IMG/VR virus record: IMGVR_UViG_3300017971_000186
DNA from: a virus
Taxonomy: Duplodnaviria > Heunggongvirae > Uroviricota > Caudoviricetes
Reading direction: 5' to 3' (one strand)
Length of the DNA: 47,312 bases
Of this stretch, positions 1 to 7,847 are shown piece by piece. The notes beneath the pieces are model-generated. The model was given only the letters and a program-made list of their open reading frames with translations, searched no databases and was not told where the DNA came from. The translations under genes and the position numbers were made by a program. Positions within the stretch are counted from its first letter, which is position 1; each line of letters opens with the position of its first letter.

Positions 1-5
1 ATTTT

Positions 6-201
6 TAAAACTTCGGAAAGTTACTAAACTTTTTTCATTACTCATGTAGACAAGGAAAAGTTTACATGAAAGAAAAAATTTTTAAAACTTCGGAAAGTTA
101 CTAAACTTTTTTCATTACTCATGAAAGCCACAAAAAACAAACGTCAAAGAAAAAGTTTCTTAAAACTTCGGAAAGTTACTAAACTTTTTTCATTATTCAT
201 G
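6..201. repeat. Three copies of a 41-bp repeat separated by 36- and 37-bp A-rich spacers (array may continue left of the window)
   Basis: TAAAACTTCGGAAAGTTACTAAACTTTTTTCATTACTCATG at 6-46 and 83-123; the copy at 161-201 has one mismatch. Confidence 0.95.
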
Positions 202-256
202 ACAACAGAAAAAAATAATTGACTGTTAATATATACATTAGACAAGGGGAAATATT

Positions 257-865
257 ATGTCTATACTAATGAACGATAAATTAATTGGTGCTGTTATTAA
301 TGGCACAAACCAAACCGCAAGAAAAACAATTCGTGAATGGATAAACGTTCAATGTACTGGCCGTTATCGTATAAACCGTTTTGGTAATAAACTCGCTGAA
401 GTCATTGACCCGTCAGTAAATAACGAGACTCGCTGGTTAAATTTCAACCATAACTTTACAGGCGAGATTATATATACTAATAAAGCTAAAAGTATTTGGC
501 AAAACGGGAACAAAGTAAAAACTATAACAGATATAGATAAACTCGAAGTCGTACGAGAATATTTTAATATGTCCAAAGAGGACTGGGAAACCTTCGTAAA
601 AACTACCGACTTAGATACTCTAAATAGTTTAATGGATGAATGTATTAAAGAAGTCCAAACCCAGACTGAAATCGTTGAAATTCAACCAGTTAACTCGCTT
701 GTAACCATATCAAATGAATTTGCTTCACTCGCAATGGATTTTGAAAGCAGTGATGGATATTCCAGACAAGTCAATCCAGACACAATTAATACACAGGAAA
801 CGGAATTATATACCATACTCGCAATGGATTTTGAATCCAGTGACGGAATAACTCGCTATAACTAA
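257..865 (+). CDS. Hypothetical protein with duplicated C-terminal motif (LAMDFESSDG x2)
   Basis: 202-aa ORF, purine-rich SD (AAGGGG) upstream; internal ~30-bp duplication at 727 and 817. Confidence 0.75.
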   Translation: MSILMNDKLIGAVINGTNQTARKTIREWINVQCTGRYRINRFGNKLAEVIDPSVNNETRWLNFNHNFTGEIIYTNKAKSIWQNGNKVKTITDIDKLEVVREYFNMSKEDWETFVKTTDLDTLNSLMDECIKEVQTQTEIVEIQPVNSLVTISNEFASLAMDFESSDGYSRQVNPDTINTQETELYTILAMDFESSDGITRYN

Positions 866-891
866 AACTTAAACCAGACAGGAGAAAAAAC

Positions 892-1068
892 ATGGAGACT
901 GTAACTATAACACCAATGAACACAATAGAGATGATACCCGAAATGAAAGCATGTATAAATACTCTTCTCAAAACACAAGGTGAAAGGACAACGATAGAAT
1001 TTATCAAAGCCTTAAGCGGAATGACCAAAGAACAAGTCACCGGACTATTAATACTCTACGTAGACTAA
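892..1068 (+). CDS. Small hypothetical protein (58 aa)
   Basis: Read manually (METVTITPM...LILYVD*); AGGAG SD upstream; fills the gap between genes. Confidence 0.6.
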   Translation: METVTITPMNTIEMIPEMKACINTLLKTQGERTTIEFIKALSGMTKEQVTGLLILYVD

Positions 1069-1123
1069 TACGTAACAAAGATAATAATTAAATAACTAAC
1101 ATAAACCTTAACATGGAGGAACC

Positions 1124-1429
1124 ATGAACTCTATTCAAGACGCACTGCAAAATTCAACCAATGGCAAAAAAATCGTAATGAGAGCTAAGAAATACCGGAA
1201 AGATAATTATACCGCTCTCAGAGAACTCGCACATAAACGAATCGTTAAGGACGGTCATCATTTTATGTTCTTTAATCAGGCAAAGCCTTTTCTCAGTCGA
1301 ATAGTTAATAAGGGCACAACAGAGCAATATAATCATGCTGTAACCGCTCTCAATGCTCTTGAGACTGGATGGAAAGAGAAAGAAACTTGGAACAATGTAG
1401 CAAAAACTTTGGGAATGCCTATTAAATAA
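1124..1429 (+). CDS. Hypothetical protein
   Basis: 101-aa ORF, GGAGG SD. Confidence 0.75.
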   Translation: MNSIQDALQNSTNGKKIVMRAKKYRKDNYTALRELAHKRIVKDGHHFMFFNQAKPFLSRIVNKGTTEQYNHAVTALNALETGWKEKETWNNVAKTLGMPIK

Positions 1430-1443
1430 TTAAATAATTAACG

Positions 1444-1461
1444 GGGGAATAACTTCCCCCA
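1444..1461 (+). terminator. GC hairpin GGGGGA-ATAACT-TCCCCC (possible terminator or SD-sequestering stem)
   Basis: 6-bp intergenic inverted repeat; weak U-tract. Confidence 0.4.
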
Positions 1462-1473
1462 TAACTTTAATGA

Positions 1474-1683
1474 TTGGAATATATTATGTTATTTTTAAGT
1501 ATATGTATAGGTGTAATAATATTATTTGGTGCTTTCAGTCTTACTATGAAGATTGAAGCAAAAAGAGAAATTAGAGAAAGATCACCAGAAGAATTGCAGT
1601 CTTTCGAGACTGCTATTAATAAAATTCAAGCTTGGAACAATGGGACATATGATCCAATGATTAGAACAGCACATAATAAATAA
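1474..1683 (+). CDS. Small protein with N-terminal hydrophobic helix
   Basis: Hydrophobic MLFLSICIGVIILFGAFSL; start may be the ATG at 1486. Confidence 0.65.
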   Translation: MEYIMLFLSICIGVIILFGAFSLTMKIEAKREIRERSPEELQSFETAINKIQAWNNGTYDPMIRTAHNK

Positions 1684-1696
1684 GGAGATACAGACT

Positions 1697-2155
1697 ATGA
1701 AAACCATTAAGAAGATCGATATACAGGCAATGAAACAAGCCGATACAATATGTTTTAGAACTGAAAACTCTATTAGTACAGTGGAGTGCTATAAAAAGAA
1801 ATCTGACGATAACCCGTTCGATAGTGATCATGTATTTAACGTAGAATCGAAACAAAGATATATAAATTATAGCTACAAAAATAAGACATACTGTTTCAGT
1901 CATCACAGTATGTATGACTTCGAATTTTGCCCGTTAAAGACTGTTATCAGTTTATTACGGGAGAATGATACTATACAGTTAGTATGGTACCAAGGTGCCG
2001 GTGATACTGAAGATCTTAAAGAAAACGGTTTTGTTTCTGATCATTTGTACATTGAAATAATCAGGAAGGATAAAGTTAAATATAACTTCCTGATTCATGT
2101 TAGTACAGGTCGGGATAATTCTGCAAGAATGATTAAACATCACAAAAGGATATAG
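1697..2155 (+). CDS. Hypothetical protein
   Basis: 152-aa ORF, AAGGAG SD. Confidence 0.75.
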   Translation: MKTIKKIDIQAMKQADTICFRTENSISTVECYKKKSDDNPFDSDHVFNVESKQRYINYSYKNKTYCFSHHSMYDFEFCPLKTVISLLRENDTIQLVWYQGAGDTEDLKENGFVSDHLYIEIIRKDKVKYNFLIHVSTGRDNSARMIKHHKRI

Positions 2156-2160
2156 ATATT

Positions 2161-2673
2161 ATGAGTAACAATGAACTATTAAGAGTATGTGAGGATAATA
2201 ACATTGAACTCACAAAAAACGGCAATAATAAAATTATCCTCACGTGCTCACAGGAGATAGATAACTCTATCAAAGATAAGATTAAAGCAATCGTTTCTGA
2301 GAACACAGAAATAACTTACCAGATAGCACCAAAAGAAAGTACATTGGATGCAATCGAAAACATGTTTAAACATCTTGATATAAACTGTAAGGTCAATTTT
2401 GATACTAAGGAACGTCATGTAATTATTAATGTCGAAAGTAAGATAAATTTATATCTCGAAGATATAGCCAATATCAGAGACAGAATTGATAAAGATGGTT
2501 ATTTCGAAACATTTGAGATTTATTTAAATGGCAACAAAGTTTCTCTTTTAGCTGAAGAGATAACTCGAAACAATAATAGTCATGAGAAGATCATTAAAGA
2601 AAGTGATATTAAGGATTTCCTCATTACTTTGAACACTGCTGAAAGCTTTGAAGATCTATTAAATAAAATATAA
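2161..2673 (+). CDS. Hypothetical protein
   Basis: 170-aa ORF abutting the previous gene. Confidence 0.75.
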   Translation: MSNNELLRVCEDNNIELTKNGNNKIILTCSQEIDNSIKDKIKAIVSENTEITYQIAPKESTLDAIENMFKHLDINCKVNFDTKERHVIINVESKINLYLEDIANIRDRIDKDGYFETFEIYLNGNKVSLLAEEITRNNNSHEKIIKESDIKDFLITLNTAESFEDLLNKI

Positions 2674-2694
2674 ACCTTATCGGGGGAATTAACT

Positions 2695-3003
2695 ATGACT
2701 ATAAAGACATTGAAAGATTTAATTAACTCTGAAGAATATCAGATTTATGCAAGTGAAACTGTACACAGTATACAAGATCATTGCATTAATCCTAATCAAT
2801 ACGATACCGATGTAGATACTATGGAAGAACACAACGAAAACGGTATGTGGGGAGTGACTCATAATGATACTATCCAGAACTGGAGAGATTATTTAAATAA
2901 TGTTCTCGACCTGGATGAGGAAATTACTGAAGCCATTGAAAAAGAAATTGATGAATGCGAACAATGGCACATTGATAATGAATCAATCGAAGATATAATA
3001 TAA
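2695..3003 (+). CDS. Acidic hypothetical protein
   Basis: 102-aa ORF, GGGGG SD. Confidence 0.75.
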   Translation: MTIKTLKDLINSEEYQIYASETVHSIQDHCINPNQYDTDVDTMEEHNENGMWGVTHNDTIQNWRDYLNNVLDLDEEITEAIEKEIDECEQWHIDNESIEDII

Positions 3004-3010
3004 CGAAGGA

Positions 3011-3499
3011 GTGAATAACATGAAAATAACATTAGGTACAGTTAGTCATGCAACAATGAAACCAGAAGATCTTATCCCGTGTTTCTTAGATCTTCTGAAA
3101 GAACTGGATGAAAATAACGAGTATACTTCAGTTATTGCTGAAGGTGAAAAGATCATTAAATATAACGAAGAAAAAGAAGATCTTAATATTCCAGAGGACA
3201 AAGATTTAGACTGGGACAGTGAGAACGTTTCAGAATATCTCAATGAAGATCTTTGGAATGCACTTGATTCTTTTGCTCCGCCATATTGTTACTTCGGTGC
3301 CCATCCCGGTGATGGTTCCGATTACGGTTACTGGCCGTGTGACTTAGATGATATTGATTTCGACGGTATTAAAGTTTCAGACTTGTCTGAAGTCCCTGAT
3401 AACTATACCGGTGAATTGTTCTTAGTGAATGATCACGGTAACGTGACCTTTTACGAAGTTAAAGACGGTGAGACTAAAGAAATCTGGAGCATTGTATAA
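3011..3499 (+). CDS. Conserved phage-type hypothetical protein (FGAHPGDGSDYGYW motif)
   Basis: 162-aa ORF with AAGGAG SD (start may be ATG 3020); the motif resembles a family I recall from large phages, unverified. Confidence 0.75.
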   Translation: MNNMKITLGTVSHATMKPEDLIPCFLDLLKELDENNEYTSVIAEGEKIIKYNEEKEDLNIPEDKDLDWDSENVSEYLNEDLWNALDSFAPPYCYFGAHPGDGSDYGYWPCDLDDIDFDGIKVSDLSEVPDNYTGELFLVNDHGNVTFYEVKDGETKEIWSIV

Positions 3500-3688
3500 A
3501 TGATTGCTTTCCCTTCTCCCCCTGTCTGCACTACTTCATGGTCTGAATATTCATGGTCTGAATATATCAGATTACATGGTGTAGAGACTGAACCTGAATA
3601 TATAAATAGTTCTTTCGGTCTCTGGAAGAAAACAGGCCAGACTGATAATAAAGGCAATGCTCTTTATAGTCTGGTCAATCCCTCATAG
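3500..3688 (+). CDS. Small hypothetical protein with SWSEY tandem duplication
   Basis: Abuts the previous stop; 15-bp tandem repeat TCATGGTCTGAATAT at 3536-3565. Confidence 0.5.
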   Translation: MIAFPSPPVCTTSWSEYSWSEYIRLHGVETEPEYINSSFGLWKKTGQTDNKGNALYSLVNPS

Positions 3689-3765
3689 TAAATAAAAAAC
3701 CCAAATAACTATAATAGCTGACTTTAATAAGTTAGTGGAACCCTTATCATGAAAGGAGTCTTTCA

Positions 3766-4896
3766 ATGGCTCATAATTTATTTACAGCAAAAAACGGTTT
3801 AGTATCGGCTGCATATGCCATAGATGAACATGGTTTACCGTGGCATGAACTAGGACAAATGGTCAATCATGCAATGACCTGGAAAGAAGCTTATGAACTG
3901 GCTCAATTAGATTGGACGGTCGAAAAAAGGCCGTTATTCTTTAAGAATCCTTTATGGAAACCTGGAAGCACTGTACCTAAAGGATATGTTTTCCCGAATC
4001 AATTTGGTATCTTTCGTTCCGATTTAACTGGTAAGGAAAGCGCCCTTGGTATCGTAGGTAATACCTATGAACCTACGCAAAATATTGAAATCGGTGGATG
4101 GATTGATAATGTCTTAGAACAGATTGATGGTGCACATTATGAAGCTGCCGGAGTTTTAGGACGTGGAGAACGTGTCTGGGCTTTGGCCCGTGTCCCCTTT
4201 AACGCTTCCATCGGAAATGATAAACACGAAACATTTATCATGTTTATGAGTGCTCATGATGGAACTATGAGTAATACAATTATGCTCACCGATGTACGGG
4301 TAGTATGTCAGAACACTTTGAATTTTGCCTTATCTAAAGGCACTAAGGATGCAATGATTAAAGTAAGACATACCAAAGGTGCTAAAGAGAAACTTAATAA
4401 AATAACCACTGAGATTCAAACCGGATTAAAACAGGATATAAATTCTCTTAAAGAAAAGTTTGAAAAGATTATTACTCATAAAGTTACCAAAGAACTTTTT
4501 GCACAGACTATGACTCGTATCTTTGGTGAGAAATGGGAACAATCAGATAAGAAATCTGATAAAGCCCTTGAGATAGCTAAACTATTTAATGATAATGATG
4601 ATAATGCTATCCCGGAACAAGCTGGAACGGGTATGGCTTTGGTGAATGCTGTTACTAATTACGTGGATCATAAAAGACCTAGTAGAGTAACATCTACGTC
4701 TGGATATACTACTCAAGAACAAGCCCGTGCCGATAGTGCGTGGGTAGGTAGTGGTGCTCAATTAAAATCCAATGCTCTCGAAACTGTATTGGAATTAATT
4801 GAATCTCCTGAAGAGACTTCACATAATCCTAATCCTACAGTTCAAATGAAAGAAAAGAATGAAACCCTTGATAAGATCTTAGATCTTGTTGGTTAA
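3766..4896 (+). CDS. DUF932 / TIGR03299 phage-plasmid-like protein
   Basis: PWHELG, LDWTVEK, LGIVGNTYEPTQN, AGVLGRGERVW, HDGT and VRVVCQNTL match the DUF932 signature motifs; AAGGAG SD. Confidence 0.88.
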   Translation: MAHNLFTAKNGLVSAAYAIDEHGLPWHELGQMVNHAMTWKEAYELAQLDWTVEKRPLFFKNPLWKPGSTVPKGYVFPNQFGIFRSDLTGKESALGIVGNTYEPTQNIEIGGWIDNVLEQIDGAHYEAAGVLGRGERVWALARVPFNASIGNDKHETFIMFMSAHDGTMSNTIMLTDVRVVCQNTLNFALSKGTKDAMIKVRHTKGAKEKLNKITTEIQTGLKQDINSLKEKFEKIITHKVTKELFAQTMTRIFGEKWEQSDKKSDKALEIAKLFNDNDDNAIPEQAGTGMALVNAVTNYVDHKRPSRVTSTSGYTTQEQARADSAWVGSGAQLKSNALETVLELIESPEETSHNPNPTVQMKEKNETLDKILDLVG

Positions 4897-4900
4897 TATA

Positions 4901-4973
4901 TAACTCTGGCCGGTAGAGAGATAGGAACTCTCTACTGGGGGGACTTATCGATACCATAAGAGTTGAGAGTCCC
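4901..4973 (+). ncRNA. Candidate structured intergenic RNA
   Basis: 11-bp hairpin 4910-4938 plus alternative pairings 4902-07/4959-64 and 4940-45/4968-73. Confidence 0.35.
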
Positions 4974-5028
4974 GAAAAAGTATCGATAATAAATAACATA
5001 TCATAAATAATAAATATGGAGGTATCCA

Positions 5029-5583
5029 ATGAATACTAATGATCTTTTAAATTCTACACTTGATTTAATCAATGATGAAAATAGAACTATCGTTTTAACC
5101 TTCGTTAAAAAAGTTATCATTCCTGCAATGGTTCAAGAGAAGATGAATACTTCTAAACCTGAACAGAAAGAACTTAAAACACCAGTACAAACCACTTTGG
5201 AACTTCCAACTAAATCTGTATCTGAGAAAACAGATAAAGAACTCGACCCCCGTATCCCTAAAGGATCTAAGAACGGGCACAAGATTGAAAAGAAACGCAG
5301 TCTGGAAGATTGGGAGAAAGATTTAATGAGACAGGAGTTTATCGCTCTTAATGGAGAGATACACGAAGATGCCTGTCTGGAAATTAAAGATAAGTTATCT
5401 AGTAAGACTGCAATCTTCCAGGTTACCGGATTTATTTCACTGCTTCATAAGTATGTGAAGAAAGGTGAGATTGAACTTCGTGATATGGAAAGTTACTATG
5501 AATTTCAGAGACAAAAGAAGTCTGGAGTCAAGAAAAAGAAGAAAACTAATATCATAACGATAAGGAGAAGTAACAATGCCTAG
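5029..5583 (+). CDS. Hypothetical protein with basic C-terminus
   Basis: 184-aa ORF, GGAGG SD. Confidence 0.75.
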   Translation: MNTNDLLNSTLDLINDENRTIVLTFVKKVIIPAMVQEKMNTSKPEQKELKTPVQTTLELPTKSVSEKTDKELDPRIPKGSKNGHKIEKKRSLEDWEKDLMRQEFIALNGEIHEDACLEIKDKLSSKTAIFQVTGFISLLHKYVKKGEIELRDMESYYEFQRQKKSGVKKKKKTNIITIRRSNNA

Positions 5584-5809
5584 AGAATGTCCGGTTAATG
5601 GTAGTATATGTAATAAACTTGGAAATGATACCACTCAAAATGGTTCAATTTGTCGCAGTTGTGAACACCACGATTACCGAAAGATTAAATCTAACCTTGA
5701 AATATGCCCAGTAGATTATGGCATTGCTTGTGATAGACTTGGACGTGGTGGAACTTGTGAAGATAATTGTTATACCCAGTCTGGAGGTAAATCATGTATG
5801 AATATTTAA
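5576..5809 (+). CDS. Cys-rich small protein with two CPV-x3/4-C repeats
   Basis: AAGGAG SD; ECPVNGSICNKLG and ICPVDYGIACDRLG. Confidence 0.6.
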   Translation: MPRECPVNGSICNKLGNDTTQNGSICRSCEHHDYRKIKSNLEICPVDYGIACDRLGRGGTCEDNCYTQSGGKSCMNI

Positions 5810-6051
5810 CATGCTGTGTTGCAAGCACAGCAGAACTTATTAACGATATGACTGATAACGGAAGAAAGATAACAGCCAATACTTTCTTTAAACACGTCTC
5901 CCTCCAAGAAGTCAATGAACAGTTTGGATATACAGGAACGTGCATCCCTAGTATTAAAAAAGACTGGCATGTAGCGTACTATAAAAGTACTTATGACGGT
6001 CAAAGATGCTATTATCTTGTACATTCCGCTATAGAATATATCTATGTCTAA
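5794..6051 (+). CDS. Conserved phage-type hypothetical protein
   Basis: GGAGG SD; 85 aa, YEYLTCCV...WHVAYYKS. Confidence 0.75.
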   Translation: MYEYLTCCVASTAELINDMTDNGRKITANTFFKHVSLQEVNEQFGYTGTCIPSIKKDWHVAYYKSTYDGQRCYYLVHSAIEYIYV

Positions 6052-6054
6052 TAA

Positions 6055-6135
6055 AATGGAGTGGTCTAAATCACCGCCATTTGTATCGATTCTCCCAGAG
6101 ACAGCCCCGGTAAATCCGGGGATGACCACCCCATT
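6055..6135 (+). ncRNA. Candidate structured RNA element, copy 1 (P1 stem enclosing CCCCGG-N5-CCGGGG)
   Basis: 6055-65 pairs with 6125-35; inner hairpin 6105-6121; homologous element at 30861-30922. Confidence 0.45.
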
Positions 6136-6206
6136 ATATATAAAATATATCTAAGTCAAATCATTCCAGTTAATTATATTTAATAAAAGAGAGGTATTGA
6201 GGTATT

Positions 6207-6776
6207 ATGGAAACTATAAAATATAAAAACTACACAATTGAAATTCATGTTGATGAAGATCCCTTGAACCCTAGAACAGAATGGGATAATTTTGGATCAA
6301 TGGTATCTAAACATAGACGCTACGACTTCAATGATAAAGGCGCACCATATGACGTCGATTCGATACCCTTTGAGGACGTTATCTATCTACCCCTGTATCT
6401 ATATGATCACAGTGGTTTAACCATGAATACGACTGGCTTTGACTGTCCTTGGGACAGTGGTCAAGTCGGTTGGATCTACGTAGAGAAAAGCAAAGCCCTG
6501 TCTGAATTTAATTGGACAGAACTTAATGAAGAACGTATCGAAAAGATTAAAGATATTCTTCGGTCTGAAGTTGAGACCTATGACTGTCTATTAACAGATG
6601 CTGTCTACGGATACATTGTTAAAAATAAAGATGGTGAAGAGATCCACTCTTGCTGGGGCTTCTTTGGATATGATCATGAAAAGAGTGGGTTACTACCCGA
6701 TACTCGAAGCATTATTGATCACGATATAGACCATATTGAAAAAACTGAAGGTATTCAACAAGAATTAAAACTCTAA
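6207..6776 (+). CDS. Conserved phage/ICE-type hypothetical protein (LYLYDHSG...WDSGQVGWI)
   Basis: 189-aa ORF, GAGG SD; motif recalled from widespread mobile-element proteins. Confidence 0.78.
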   Translation: METIKYKNYTIEIHVDEDPLNPRTEWDNFGSMVSKHRRYDFNDKGAPYDVDSIPFEDVIYLPLYLYDHSGLTMNTTGFDCPWDSGQVGWIYVEKSKALSEFNWTELNEERIEKIKDILRSEVETYDCLLTDAVYGYIVKNKDGEEIHSCWGFFGYDHEKSGLLPDTRSIIDHDIDHIEKTEGIQQELKL

Positions 6777-6790
6777 CAGGAGATTAAATC

Positions 6791-7057
6791 ATGATAAAGA
6801 AAACTTTTAAATTTGACGGATATCATTCTAAGTTCTTAGGACGTAACGGTTCTTTTAAATGTTCCGGTCTCAGTCTGGGGCAATTTGAAAGTCCATTCGA
6901 AGGTGAAAGACCTTTCATAGAAATTAGACCTATAACAAGTAAAGGTCAACCTGGAAAATGTTTCATCGAAGTTCCTATATCTCATATGAGAGAATTAATT
7001 AATGCTCTTACTGAGATAGAAACTGAATGGATAGATAAAGAACAGGAGGGATTATGA
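6791..7057 (+). CDS. Hypothetical protein
   Basis: 88 aa, AGGAG SD. Confidence 0.7.
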   Translation: MIKKTFKFDGYHSKFLGRNGSFKCSGLSLGQFESPFEGERPFIEIRPITSKGQPGKCFIEVPISHMRELINALTEIETEWIDKEQEGL

Positions 7058-7263
7058 TTCAATGTAATCTACCCGAATCAATAGAAGTAAATGGTAAGAT
7101 ATTAAGAAAAGTAATTGGTAAATCTTATGAAGAGGCTTTGAAAGAAGCTAAACTTAATAAGAAAACTTATCGAACAGTAAAAGTCCTTCATAAGAATCTA
7201 CGTGGTAAGTTAGACCTCCACAATAAACCTTATGAACCGACAGTCTGGTTATTCACCAATTAA
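7054..7263 (+). CDS. Hypothetical protein
   Basis: ATGA-coupled to the previous gene, GGAGG SD. Confidence 0.7.
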   Translation: MIQCNLPESIEVNGKILRKVIGKSYEEALKEAKLNKKTYRTVKVLHKNLRGKLDLHNKPYEPTVWLFTN

Positions 7264-7276
7264 CCTGGAGATTATT

Positions 7277-7750
7277 ATGACTATTAAAAGAAAGACTCCC
7301 ATAACAGTTTATAAAGATGGATCAATTAATTTTCAATGCTCCTCTGAATTATACGGAACCACCGATGCCGGAGGCAAAGCCATACACGCTCTTAAGTCTG
7401 GCTTTGTCCCCCTTGGGGACGGGTGTGATTATATCCTTACTAAAAAGGATAAGAAAGATATCTTGGATCAATTAGATATGACCTGGAAAAAATTATTACA
7501 AGAAATGTTTAATATTCCAGAGGAGAACATGAATAATTATTGTTCTGACCTACATATCCTTTTCTCTGAAGAAGTCTGGAAGTGGTTGATGGATAACTAT
7601 GAGTTTCCTCAGAATATTAAGGTTCAATTAAGTAATGTTAAAGGCCAGTCTTGGTATGGGAAACAATTTATTGAGATTCCTTTTGTTTATACAGAATATC
7701 ATACAAAACGAAAGGATTATATTAAATCTTTAAATACCTCGAAAGGTTAG
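7277..7750 (+). CDS. Hypothetical protein
   Basis: ORF track 7232..7750; ATG 7277 follows GGAG and avoids overlap. Confidence 0.7.
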   Translation: MTIKRKTPITVYKDGSINFQCSSELYGTTDAGGKAIHALKSGFVPLGDGCDYILTKKDKKDILDQLDMTWKKLLQEMFNIPEENMNNYCSDLHILFSEEVWKWLMDNYEFPQNIKVQLSNVKGQSWYGKQFIEIPFVYTEYHTKRKDYIKSLNTSKG

Positions 7751-7779
7751 ACTTAAATAAATAATTAAATTTTTTTCTT

Positions 7780-7808
7780 ATCACTTTCTTTCCTAAATCT
7801 CGTATAAT
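7780..7808 (+). promoter_or_regulatory. Putative promoter, -10 TATAAT at 7803-7808 preceded by ATCTCG
   Basis: ATCTCGTATAATAT is identical to the promoter at 38206-38219; -35 poor. Confidence 0.5.
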
Positions 7809-7847
7809 ATATGATACCGAACCGTAATCTTTAAAAGGATATTCATT

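Noticed and set aside
6-201. Calling the 41-bp array a bona fide CRISPR
   Set aside because: Only three repeats are visible, the spacers resemble each other and are A-rich, there is no typical repeat terminus and no cas gene in the window; kept as an unresolved repeat.
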